From a bacterium (GTDB lineage: Bacteria > Patescibacteriota > Patescibacteriia > Patescibacteriales > UBA12465): a stretch of DNA of 64,000 nucleotides. Within the stretch, counting starts at the first letter, position 1, and every line of letters begins with the position of its first letter. The notes under the pieces were generated by a model. The model was not told where the DNA came from. It saw only the letters and a program-made list of their open reading frames with translations, and did not search any database. Shown here piece after piece: positions 53,346 through 62,267 of the stretch. The stretch lies in NCBI GenBank assembly GCA_035400585.1, contig DAOMZR010000001.1, forward strand, positions 191,347-255,346, read 5' to 3'. Made by a program: the position numbers and the translations under genes.

Positions 53346-53837
53346 ATGAGGGTACCAATCAGAAGAAGTGATAAAGTTCCCACAGAAAAAATAGACACTA
53401 AAATAACATTAGAAAAATACCGAAGTTTATCAAAAACTTTAGAAAAACTAAAAAACGAAATCAGACCGAAAGAATCGGAGGAGGTAAAAATATTATCGAC
53501 TACCGGAGATTATTCGGAAAATGCTGGTTATCAAGCGGCTAAAGCAAAACTAAGAAGAACTAATAATAAAATCAGTAAAATAGAATATATCTTAAATAGG
53601 GCCGACATAATTGAAACAAACCCAAAAAGCGACGAAGTACAAATAGGCAGTTTGGTTAAACTAGAAATTGATGGAAAAATAAAAAAATATCAGATACTAG
53701 GATCAGCCGAAACCGATCCCAGCAAAGGAAAAATATCATACATATCACCTCTTGGTAGTTCTTTGTTGGGAAAAAAAATAGGAGAATTTGTCAGTATAAA
53801 CAACTTAAAAAAATACAAAATTGTAGAAATAAAATAA
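53346..53837 (+). CDS. GreA/GreB-family transcription factor, second paralog with an N-terminal extension
   Basis: GDYSENAGYQAAKAKL (acidic tip retained). C-terminal ISYISPLGSSLLGKKIGEFV. Confidence 0.75.
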   Translation: MRVPIRRSDKVPTEKIDTKITLEKYRSLSKTLEKLKNEIRPKESEEVKILSTTGDYSENAGYQAAKAKLRRTNNKISKIEYILNRADIIETNPKSDEVQIGSLVKLEIDGKIKKYQILGSAETDPSKGKISYISPLGSSLLGKKIGEFVSINNLKKYKIVEIK

Positions 53838-53858
53838 AGGCATCAAATGATGCCTTTT
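53836..53858. terminator. Bidirectional terminator between convergent genes
   Basis: aaggcatc-aaat-gatgcctt followed by tt. Overlaps the stop codon. Confidence 0.7.
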
Positions 53859-53872
53859 AAAGTTGTAAATGT

Positions 53873-54376
53873 TTAAATCCCGTAAAAAAGAGATGATTGG
53901 CGATTTTTAATAATTCTATTAGTCCATCTCCAAAATAAACCTAAAATAATTACCAATAAATAAAGAACGAAGGGATAGAAAAAAAATTTTTCTAATAAAC
54001 TGTTATCAATTACCTCTTTAAAAGTCTGGTCAAAAAAATTATAAACAGGAACAAAATTAAAAAAATAATTCAGACATAAAAACAACCAGACATTAGCAAA
54101 AGGATAAATAACAAAGTAAAAGAAAAAAAATGTATGCCATTTTTCAAAAACATTAAAATCTTTAATAGTAATTCCGGCACTAGAAGTTAACTGTAAAAAA
54201 ATTATTAACAAAATAAAAATACCAAAACCGGCCACAGAAATAGACTTTAAAATATCTGACGGAAAATATAAATTCAAAAAAATGGCTATTATCCCCAGCA
54301 TAATGCCAGAAGCAGAGATTAGGGAGATTAGGCAAAAAATTGCTAAAATGTTAGGACTTACCTCTTTTGTATCCAT
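53873..54376 (-). CDS. Polytopic membrane protein, unknown function
   Basis: 4-5 hydrophobic helices over 167 aa. Confidence 0.5.
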   Translation of the reverse strand: MDTKEVSPNILAIFCLISLISASGIMLGIIAIFLNLYFPSDILKSISVAGFGIFILLIIFLQLTSSAGITIKDFNVFEKWHTFFFFYFVIYPFANVWLFLCLNYFFNFVPVYNFFDQTFKEVIDNSLLEKFFFYPFVLYLLVIILGLFWRWTNRIIKNRQSSLFYGI

Positions 54377-54422
54377 ATCATTTACTTTTTAGTTAGTATC
54401 AAAGAACCATTAAATACTTGTA

Positions 54423-55907
54423 TCACAAAAATAAATTTTTGTCAAAAGTAAAATTTCTTAATTCCTTTCTAATTGTTTTAAAATCTGGTACCGACAAAGA
54501 AACCAGATTCCAAAAAGCTAATGAATGATTAAACTCTTTTAAATGACATAATTCATGAACAATTACATAATTAGCTAATTTCTCTGGAAGAAAAATTAAT
54601 TTATAACTAAAATTTAAATTACCACAACGAGAACAACTTCCCCAACGAGTCTTTTGGTTTCTAATGCTTATTTTTGAATATTTAAAATTGTAAACCTTAT
54701 TTAATTCTTTAATCTTATTTTCAATAAAAATATAAGCATTTTTTTTATTTTTTTGATAATTTTGATAACTATTTTGCTGGTTGTTTTCGACTATTCTTTT
54801 GGAAAAAATTTTTAGTTTATCAATAATCCAATCAATTTTTTTAATATCGGGCATTGTTATTTCTATTTTTAAGTACTTCGTGCCGGCCGAAAATGGTATT
54901 TTATCATTTTCCATGATCCAAGTTTCAGTATTATAATAGCTTTCAAGTTCTGATCTCTTTATTGATAAGGTGTTATTTATGTTTTCAAAATCTAAATTTA
55001 TCAAATCATATTGGCTACCTTTCGCCATTATACTAAATTTATCACCTTGCCTAACCGTTATTTCATCAAATTTAACGAAGCGCGAAACATAAATACTGTT
55101 AAAATCTTTAAGGTCAAAATATCTCTCAATCTTATTTTCTTTCATAATCGCTTTTTTTTCTTCAAACTTTGATTCTGTATAGGAAAACAGTAAAAAGAAC
55201 GTTACCAAGCCCAAAAAGAATACTAATATAAGTCCAATAAATAATTTTTTATTAAAAAATTTCTTTTTTATAGCCAATAAATCTAAACCCAGAATAGCCA
55301 CAAAAATTGTTGGTATTGAAATTATAAATAAAGCTGATAGAAGGAATATATAATATCTCACTATCCCAATAACTTCTATTGTCTTAAAATCAACCATAAA
55401 TCTATCAAACAAAGAACTTGAGGAGTTAAACGATAGAATTAGAAAAATAACAACAGAAACTAAAAATCCTATAGTTCCTAGACTTAAAAATATTGCTCCA
55501 AATATTTTCTTGAAGACTAAAACTGATTTTGCTGGCGGATTTTTTGTAAGCAATAAAGTAATGCCCCTGATAACAATGCCCATCAGGCCACCAAAAATAA
55601 TAATTGCGGCAAAAAATAAAGCCGTTTGTAAAACTGGCAAAAAAAGAAAATGACCATCATAATCATACTCAATTATTATCTGCCAGATAATTATAAATAT
55701 AAAGCTAGTTAGAAATGAGCCGACAATCAATTTGGGCAAAAAATGATAACTTTTATCTTCATTTTGTGCCAATACCATCAGAATTCCGGCCGTTAAAGGT
55801 AAAAGTAAAATTTGCCATCCCCAGAAAAACGTAAACCAATCCGGCTTAAGGGTAAATAACCACCCGAGAATAATAGTAATGGCGGAAATTAAATAAATTT
55901 TTTTCAT
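54423..55907 (-). CDS. Fusion of a polytopic membrane domain with a C-terminal DUF45/YgjP-type (M48-like, HExxH) metallopeptidase domain
   Basis: About 8 TM helices in the first ~240 aa. C-terminal TRWGSCS...NLNFSYKLIFLPEKLANYVIVHELCHLKEFNHSLAFWNLV. Confidence 0.65.
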   Translation of the reverse strand: MKKIYLISAITIILGWLFTLKPDWFTFFWGWQILLLPLTAGILMVLAQNEDKSYHFLPKLIVGSFLTSFIFIIIWQIIIEYDYDGHFLFLPVLQTALFFAAIIIFGGLMGIVIRGITLLLTKNPPAKSVLVFKKIFGAIFLSLGTIGFLVSVVIFLILSFNSSSSLFDRFMVDFKTIEVIGIVRYYIFLLSALFIISIPTIFVAILGLDLLAIKKKFFNKKLFIGLILVFFLGLVTFFLLFSYTESKFEEKKAIMKENKIERYFDLKDFNSIYVSRFVKFDEITVRQGDKFSIMAKGSQYDLINLDFENINNTLSIKRSELESYYNTETWIMENDKIPFSAGTKYLKIEITMPDIKKIDWIIDKLKIFSKRIVENNQQNSYQNYQKNKKNAYIFIENKIKELNKVYNFKYSKISIRNQKTRWGSCSRCGNLNFSYKLIFLPEKLANYVIVHELCHLKEFNHSLAFWNLVSLSVPDFKTIRKELRNFTFDKNLFL

Positions 55908-56017
55908 AATAAATAAGAATTTTTATTCATATATTAGCTATTATATCATAATTTTGTTGTATTTAATAGTTAATGTAAATATATTTTTTACAGAACTCGG
56001 ATTCGAACTAAAATATA

Positions 56018-56047
56018 CAAAAAACACCTGTAAATACAGATGTTTTT
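56018..56047 (-). terminator. Rho-independent terminator after tRNA-Asn
   Basis: Minus strand: acatctgt-attt-acaggtgt followed by tttttt. The imperfect position is a G-U pair only on the minus-strand RNA. Confidence 0.7.
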
Positions 56048-56055
56048 GAGCGTTG

Positions 56056-56127
56056 CTCCGAGGGTGGGATTCGAACCCACGACCAATTGATTAACAGTCA
56101 ACTGCGCTACCGCTGCGCTACCTCGGA
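56056..56127 (-). tRNA. tRNA-Asn (anticodon GUU)
   Basis: Hand-folded: acceptor UCCGAGG/CCUCGGA, D arm GCGC-AGCGGUA-GCGC, anticodon arm GUUGA-CUGUUAA-UCAAU, T arm GUGGG-UUCGAAU-CCCAC, discriminator G. CCA is not encoded. Confidence 0.92.
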
Positions 56128-56240
56128 ATACATTCAGTTTTTAAAACTGAATATATAATAACAAACTAAAATAAAATGTCAAATGAATTGACCATCTTTA
56201 AAACGAAAAAACCAATATATATTCAAATTATTATCAAAAA

Positions 56241-57149
56241 TTAATCACTAAGAAGTTTTTTGTCCTCTATCCACAAATTGCCCCTAAAACAATTTCTTCC
56301 GGGATTGAATTTTCTGTCTCCATAATATGATCTACCGTTTTCGTCGTCACTACTAGTTCGGAAACTAGCGCAAATTTCAAATTCTCTATCACCAATTTTA
56401 TTATATTCTATTTTTTCACCAGTTTCTGGATCAATTAAACTTCTTTGATCAAAATAAATTTTACCTTCTTCCGAAGATATTTCTTGTAAATTTTCCGGAA
56501 GTCTATGATTTAAATCATAATAGCTATTTACCATGCTTTCAATCGTTGAAATTCTATTTAAAACAATTTGATCTAATTTTTTCTGTCTAGCTATTTGTGG
56601 CGACTCTACAAAAAACAAAGATGAAACAAAAATTATCACCACCAAACTTAAAGAGCCCCAAAAAAAGATTTTAAGATTATTATCTCTCTTTTCAACGTTT
56701 TCTCTTTTAATATCGTAGAAATAATAACTAAACACCAAAGCAGAAATAACAAAAACGGTTAAAGCCTTTAGAATAAATTTTAAAGTCATTTCGCCTGATA
56801 AAAAGCTATTTAATATGCCGATTAAAGATCCTAGAATTATCACTGCTGAAACAAACAAAATGAAATAGGTTAACCAGCGACGCAAAGAGGAATCTTTTTC
56901 TAATTCATTCTTTCTTAATCCATTGTTTATCAATCTAAGCATTAAGAAAAATATAGGAGCGGCTACAAACAAAGCTGAAATTCCAAACCTCAAACCACCA
57001 TCATTGTTGTAAGCGTAATCAACCAAAATATCGTTGACACTTTTGTCTACTATTTGAAAAATTATTATCGCTGAAGAAATTGCTGTAAAAATCAAAGCCA
57101 CCAGAGAAAGCAAATAATAAAAAGCGAACTTCGGATTGTGATTTTTCAT
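56241..57149 (-). CDS. DUF5671-like multi-TM protein with a C-terminal pilin-like globular domain
   Basis: Five hydrophobic helices. The C-terminal part LDQIVLNRISTIESMVNSYYDLNHRLPENLQEI...LIDPETGEKIEYNKIGDREFEICASF resembles the head domain of CPR pilin-like proteins. Confidence 0.55.
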   Translation of the reverse strand: MKNHNPKFAFYYLLSLVALIFTAISSAIIIFQIVDKSVNDILVDYAYNNDGGLRFGISALFVAAPIFFLMLRLINNGLRKNELEKDSSLRRWLTYFILFVSAVIILGSLIGILNSFLSGEMTLKFILKALTVFVISALVFSYYFYDIKRENVEKRDNNLKIFFWGSLSLVVIIFVSSLFFVESPQIARQKKLDQIVLNRISTIESMVNSYYDLNHRLPENLQEISSEEGKIYFDQRSLIDPETGEKIEYNKIGDREFEICASFRTSSDDENGRSYYGDRKFNPGRNCFRGNLWIEDKKLLSD

Positions 57150-57189
57150 ATTTTTTTAATTAATTATAAATTTTTAAATTATATTAAAT

Positions 57190-58518
57190 TTAAAAATCTC
57201 TTAATTTTTCCAAACTCTTATTTTTCATTTTTCTAATCTTTTCTAAGGCCTTAGCTTCAATTTGTCTAATTCTCTCTCTGGTTACCTCAAATTCCTGACC
57301 AACTTCTTCCAAGGTATGAGCCACTCCATCAATCAAACCAAATCTCATTTCCAGTATTTTCTGCTCTCTAGGAGAAAGACTAATAATTACTTCCTTAACA
57401 TAATCTTTTAAAAGTTGAAGGGCAGCTACTCTATCTGGGGTTTCATTTTTAACATCTTCAATAAAATCTTCCAAGGTCGAATTATCATCATCATCACCGA
57501 TGGTTGTCTCCAGAGAAATAGTCTCTTGAGAAATTTTCATGATATAAATAACCTTATCTAATTCTTCACCCATTTCTGAGGCTACCTCCTCAATCATTGG
57601 TTCTCTGCCTAATTCTTGGATTAAAAATCTTTGAGCCTGTTGAAATTTATTTATATTTTCAACCATATGAACTGGAATACGAATTGTTCTCGATTGATCA
57701 GCTAAAGCTCTAGTTATGGCTTGTCTAATCCACCAGGTAGCATAGGTTGAAAATTTATAACCCTTTTGGTGTTCAAATTTATCAACCGCTCTAAAAAGAC
57801 CAATATTTCCTTCCTGAATCAAATCCAACAAACTCAAACCTTTTACTCCGGAGAATTTTTTAGCAATTGAAACAACCAATTTCAAGTTTGATTCAATCAT
57901 TTTTCTTTCAGCATCTTTATCTCCACGATCCTTTCTTTTTGACAATTCAACTTCTTCTTCCGGGGTTAAAAGAGGAATTTTACCAATCTCTTTTAAATAT
58001 ATTTGAATCGAATCACTGGATAAATTAGCAAAATCAAAAGACATGGATGGTCCCTTTTTCTTTTCTGGAATATTTTTAGAACTTAAACCAAGAACATTAC
58101 CGCTGTCTTCGCTAACCATAATACCAGCGTCATTAAGTCTTCCTAAAAAAATTTCGTATTCATAAATGTGATCCTCAACGTTGGGAAAAAGATATAATAT
58201 TTCGGTTTCAGTTAAAAAACTACGAGATCTTCCCTTCTCAATTATTTTTAAAAGTTGTTCTTCGGATGGTGCTTCTTTTTTTTCGTAATGAGAAATTTCT
58301 ATTTTTTTCTGATCATGTTTTTTAGAGATCACTTTTTGTATTTTTTTGGTTTTATCGCTTTTCTTTTTATGATCCTTGATTTTCTCTTTTACATTTTTAA
58401 GATTTTTCTTTTTGCCAGCAGAAACATTTTTCTTATTTGAAGCTTTAACTACTACCTTATTCTTTTTATGTTTTTTGCCGGCCTCCGTCTTTTTTTCCTT
58501 CATTTTTTTGACATTCAT
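57190..58518 (-). CDS. rpoD: Primary sigma-70 factor RpoD with a Lys-rich N-terminal extension
   Basis: [29 protein letters not shown] (regions 2.3-2.4). Region 4.2 is [27 protein letters not shown]. Confidence 0.93.
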   Translation of the reverse strand: MNVKKMKEKKTEAGKKHKKNKVVVKASNKKNVSAGKKKNLKNVKEKIKDHKKKSDKTKKIQKVISKKHDQKKIEISHYEKKEAPSEEQLLKIIEKGRSRSFLTETEILYLFPNVEDHIYEYEIFLGRLNDAGIMVSEDSGNVLGLSSKNIPEKKKGPSMSFDFANLSSDSIQIYLKEIGKIPLLTPEEEVELSKRKDRGDKDAERKMIESNLKLVVSIAKKFSGVKGLSLLDLIQEGNIGLFRAVDKFEHQKGYKFSTYATWWIRQAITRALADQSRTIRIPVHMVENINKFQQAQRFLIQELGREPMIEEVASEMGEELDKVIYIMKISQETISLETTIGDDDDNSTLEDFIEDVKNETPDRVAALQLLKDYVKEVIISLSPREQKILEMRFGLIDGVAHTLEEVGQEFEVTRERIRQIEAKALEKIRKMKNKSLEKLRDF

Positions 58519-58543
58519 ATTTTATTTAAATTTATTTTTATTA

Positions 58544-60403
58544 TTAATTGATTTTCAACAATTTGTCATTCAGCTCTTTAAGTTCATTTAAAATTTTCAA
58601 AATGTCATCTTTTTGACCATTTTTTTCCGATATAATCAACTCTGATTCCTTCTGCCTAATTAAATCCTTATAATACAAACGTTTAATCTCCAAAACTATG
58701 TTCGACAACTCCTTTTTAACTTTTGACTCTAAATCATTATTATCTTGACCATACAAATAAAAATCAGCCAAAAGCCAGGATTCATTTAGTAGAGATATTA
58801 AATTATTGTTTGAATTAGTCTCATCTTTAATATAGGCTAAAAATTGATTATAATCAAGCTTTCCCTTATTTTTATTACCGTACATCACTAATAATTCATA
58901 AAATTTACGATATTTCAAAGGAATTTGGTCTAAATCCAATTTATTGGACAAATAGTCAAAATTCTGTGGAAATCTCAAAGTCAAAGCAAATAAAAGTTCC
59001 GTTAGTTTGTCCTCTCTATTTTTTTGAACAACATTACTGGCTTGAACAAAATTTTTACCATTTTTTTTATTAGTCTCAAAAGTATCATTTTTATTGACTT
59101 TTTTATCTATTTTTGATAATTGCTCCCTTAAAAAAGATTCATTAACTGAATATTTTTGACATATTTCTTTGATCCAAAAATCCTGTTCAACTTTGTTATA
59201 CAGCATATTTACAACTGTTAATATCTTGTTAACGGATTTGTTTTTTTGGTCAATATTGTTCAAATCAATACTTTTTATTTCTTTTGTCAAATAATAATCT
59301 ATAATATTCTTTGAATTGTTAATGGCCTCTTCAAAGATTTTTGGATTATTTCTAATAATTTCATCCGGATCTTTACCTCTTTCCCCTTCTTTGAAGCTTA
59401 CAATCTTTAAATTCAGGCCATTTTTTAGGGCCTCAGCCACTCCTCGATCGGTGGCGCTAGAACCGGCTAAATCCTGATCAAATGATAAAATAACGTTACT
59501 GGTGTATCGTTTTATTAAGTTCAACTGGGAAACCGTTAAAGCTGTCCCTGATGAAGCTACAACGTTTTTAAAACCGGCTTCATGGGCCGAAATAGCGTCC
59601 ATTTGACCTTCAACCACTATTACAGCGTCTTTCTCCTTAATAGCTGTTTTGGCTAAATTTAAGGCAAACAGAAGCCTACTTTTATCATATAAATCGGTTT
59701 GGGGACTATTTATATATTTACCAAAGGATTTATCTCCATTTTGGTTGTCAGGATTTATTCTGGCAGTAAAAGCAACTACTCGACCGTTAACGTCTTTAAT
59801 TGGAAACATTATTCTATCTCGAAAACGATTATAATAACCACCCTTTTCACTTTTAACAGACATTCCGCTTAAAAAAATTTCATTATCAGTATATTTTTTA
59901 TTTTTTAAAAAGTTAATCAAATCGTCATAGCTATTTAAACTATAACCAATTCCCCAACGATTTATAGCTTCTGTTTTTAATCCTCTGTTTAGCAAATAAT
60001 CTCTGATTTTTTTACTCGATTCATTTTTAACTTTATCGTTAGTTAAAATAAAATTATAATATTTAGCGCTTAAATCTAATATTTCTAGTAAACGATTTTT
60101 ATTTTTATTTTCAGAAAAATCATTATTGTCTAAAACAACCCCCGCTTTAGGGGCTAACATTTTTAGAGTTTCTACAAAATCTAAACCCTCCATTTCCATC
60201 AGAAAAGAAAAAATATCTCCACCCTTGCCACAACCAAAGCAATGCCAAATTTGTTTTTCCGGAGAAACCATAAAAGACGGAGTCTTTTCATTGTGAAACG
60301 GACAAACCGCTCTAAAATTAGACCCTGCTGGTTTTAAATTTAGATATTGTGAAATAACATCAACAATATCTAATTTGGCTTTTATTTCTTCGGAATGATT
60401 CAT
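58544..60403 (-). CDS. dnaG: DNA primase
   Basis: Zinc ribbon CPFHNEKTPSFMVSPEKQIWHCFGCGKGGD. TOPRIM EGQMDAI...DQDLAG. Confidence 0.93.
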   Translation of the reverse strand: MNHSEEIKAKLDIVDVISQYLNLKPAGSNFRAVCPFHNEKTPSFMVSPEKQIWHCFGCGKGGDIFSFLMEMEGLDFVETLKMLAPKAGVVLDNNDFSENKNKNRLLEILDLSAKYYNFILTNDKVKNESSKKIRDYLLNRGLKTEAINRWGIGYSLNSYDDLINFLKNKKYTDNEIFLSGMSVKSEKGGYYNRFRDRIMFPIKDVNGRVVAFTARINPDNQNGDKSFGKYINSPQTDLYDKSRLLFALNLAKTAIKEKDAVIVVEGQMDAISAHEAGFKNVVASSGTALTVSQLNLIKRYTSNVILSFDQDLAGSSATDRGVAEALKNGLNLKIVSFKEGERGKDPDEIIRNNPKIFEEAINNSKNIIDYYLTKEIKSIDLNNIDQKNKSVNKILTVVNMLYNKVEQDFWIKEICQKYSVNESFLREQLSKIDKKVNKNDTFETNKKNGKNFVQASNVVQKNREDKLTELLFALTLRFPQNFDYLSNKLDLDQIPLKYRKFYELLVMYGNKNKGKLDYNQFLAYIKDETNSNNNLISLLNESWLLADFYLYGQDNNDLESKVKKELSNIVLEIKRLYYKDLIRQKESELIISEKNGQKDDILKILNELKELNDKLLKIN

Positions 60404-60404
60404 T

Positions 60405-60905
60405 TTAGAAAAATAAAAATCTTTTCTTTTTTATATTTTTTTGAAAATTATCTAAATCCCTATCTAAGTCGCCACACTCCATATCGGCTAAAATATCATT
60501 TTCTGGATCGTCATTTTTTTTCTCAATTATAACTTCTTCTTTCTCCTGTTTATCAATTTTTTGATTAATCTGATGTTTTTTACCAAAAGGTAAAACACTA
60601 TAATTATTATTACCCACTATAATAGATAATGATTGTATTTCATTTTCAACCAAATCACCGTCATACTCAGCACTATGCATATGTTGTCCTTCATAACTGG
60701 CTCTTTTTTGATCTAAATGCAAGCTAAAAATACAATCATCATTATTTTCTTCTATATATAAATGAAAACGAGGATAATGACCATCACCCAGACGTCTCAC
60801 TAAACTTTCTTGACCACTTTTTCGGTCAAATATTAAGGCATAGCCAGAGCTTCTAATAACTTTTTTAGCATCTTCTAATTTAATTGATTTAACCAAAAAT
60901 TTCAT
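60405..60905 (-). CDS. Hypothetical protein, tightly coupled upstream of dnaG
   Basis: Its stop lies 1 nt from the dnaG start. Contains HYPRFHLYI and HLDQKRASYEGQHMHSAEYDG, followed by an acidic tail. Confidence 0.5.
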   Translation of the reverse strand: MKFLVKSIKLEDAKKVIRSSGYALIFDRKSGQESLVRRLGDGHYPRFHLYIEENNDDCIFSLHLDQKRASYEGQHMHSAEYDGDLVENEIQSLSIIVGNNNYSVLPFGKKHQINQKIDKQEKEEVIIEKKNDDPENDILADMECGDLDRDLDNFQKNIKKKRFLFF

Positions 60906-60915
60906 AAGATAAACA

Positions 60916-61398
60916 TTAGTTTCTTTTTCTGAAAATAAAGAAATTATAAATAATAAAACTTTCTATACCAATAATCACTGTTGCTAAAAATTGAGAAAAA
61001 AGATAATTGATTTCTTTGATGTTAGCAAAAACATGCATCAATTTAACATTCAACAATAAATTAAAAATAGAAAAAAATAAATAAGAAAACAACTGGCGAT
61101 GGACGTAGGCTAAATTATTATTTCTAAAGGTCCAAAATTTATGAACAAAAAAATTAAATAAGAATGATAGAAAAAAAGCCAGAGCTGTCGATGGTAATAA
61201 TTTCTGATTTAAAACATCGTGCAAAAGAAATAAAAAAATCAAATCAAGCAATAAAGTAAAACAACCAGTTATAAAAAACTTAACATAAACTTTTTTTAAA
61301 TTTAGTATTCTGAAAGTGGTTGGAAAATAAGAAAAAATAAAAAATTTGATTTTCTGATACATAAAAAAATTATTTATAAATTTCAGTAATTGCTCCAA
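60916..61398 (-). CDS. GtrA-family membrane protein
   Basis: Four TM helices with KFFITGCFTLLLDLIFLFLL...HKFWTF motif. The start is more likely MYQKIK at 61362, which removes the overlap with the upstream gene. Confidence 0.65.
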   Translation of the reverse strand: MEQLLKFINNFFMYQKIKFFIFSYFPTTFRILNLKKVYVKFFITGCFTLLLDLIFLFLLHDVLNQKLLPSTALAFFLSFLFNFFVHKFWTFRNNNLAYVHRQLFSYLFFSIFNLLLNVKLMHVFANIKEINYLFSQFLATVIIGIESFIIYNFFIFRKRN

Positions 61399-62263
61399 TT
61401 ATTTTTTCAGAATCAAGAAATCGATCTTTGATACTATCTGAATTTAAAACAACGCTTATAAATTCTTTGCCATTTTTGTCAGCAAATTTAAGGGCCAAAC
61501 AATACCCGGCCAAAATATTATAACCCGTTTTGCCTGAAATTATTTGACCATCAATATCAATATCTCTAAAACCCAACAATAATTCATTGGTAGAATTTAT
61601 TTTTTTTATTCGGCCATTTCTGGTTTCAAAACTATACTCGTAGTTTTCGGTTAAATCAGCTATCAAATCGTTTTCCAACGCCTTATTAGCTATAATAGCT
61701 ACTTCTTTGGCGGTCGATACATTACTATTGCTTAAACCGGTTGGATCTTCAAAATAGGTCTTATATAGTTTTAACTCCTTAGCTTTTTCATTCATTTTCG
61801 CGACAAAATCACTTTCACTTAAACCGGCCGAACTAATTAAAGCTATAACAGCAGTATTATCAGAAGCTATTAAGGATAAGGCCAGTAAATCAATGTTTCT
61901 AACCTCCTCTCCAAAAAACAAATAATCTCTACCACCCAAACGACGATCTTCCTTTTTAATTTTATAATAATCATTATAATCTATATCAAGATCCATAAAA
62001 ACCAAGGCTGACATTAACTTACTAATACTAGCAATAGATCTAACTTCATCAGAATTTTTTTCGAAAACAAAAAAATCAGAATCTAAATCAAGAACGGCTG
62101 TTGAAGAAGCTGATAAATCAAGTTCATCAATTTTTTTAGTTTTTTCTAAAAAACCATCAATTTGCCAAACCTTTTTAATCTCACCCTGATTTTCAATAAT
62201 CGGTGAAGAAAAATTACTAAAAAACAGAGAAGTTATAATGTGAAAAACAACAAAAACAAACAT
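61370..62263 (-). CDS. D-alanyl-D-alanine carboxypeptidase (S11, PBP5/6-like)
   Basis: SxxK (SISKLM), SxN (SDN) and KTG (GKTGYN) motifs after a signal/anchor. Confidence 0.8.
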   Translation of the reverse strand: MFVFVVFHIITSLFFSNFSSPIIENQGEIKKVWQIDGFLEKTKKIDELDLSASSTAVLDLDSDFFVFEKNSDEVRSIASISKLMSALVFMDLDIDYNDYYKIKKEDRRLGGRDYLFFGEEVRNIDLLALSLIASDNTAVIALISSAGLSESDFVAKMNEKAKELKLYKTYFEDPTGLSNSNVSTAKEVAIIANKALENDLIADLTENYEYSFETRNGRIKKINSTNELLLGFRDIDIDGQIISGKTGYNILAGYCLALKFADKNGKEFISVVLNSDSIKDRFLDSEKIIGAITEIYK

Positions 62264-62267
62264 ACGA

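Noticed and set aside
55990-56012. cggattcgaac fragment resembling a tRNA T-arm just downstream of tRNA-Asn
   Set aside because: The flanking bases do not form a T stem or an acceptor stem, and the match is only about 11 nt. It may be a tRNA remnant, but this is not supportable.
56128-56160. AT-only 9-bp hairpin attcagttt/aaactgaat between the DUF5671-like gene and tRNA-Asn
   Set aside because: It could be a weak terminator, but it has no GC pairs and no T-run on the relevant strand, so it is not reported as a feature.
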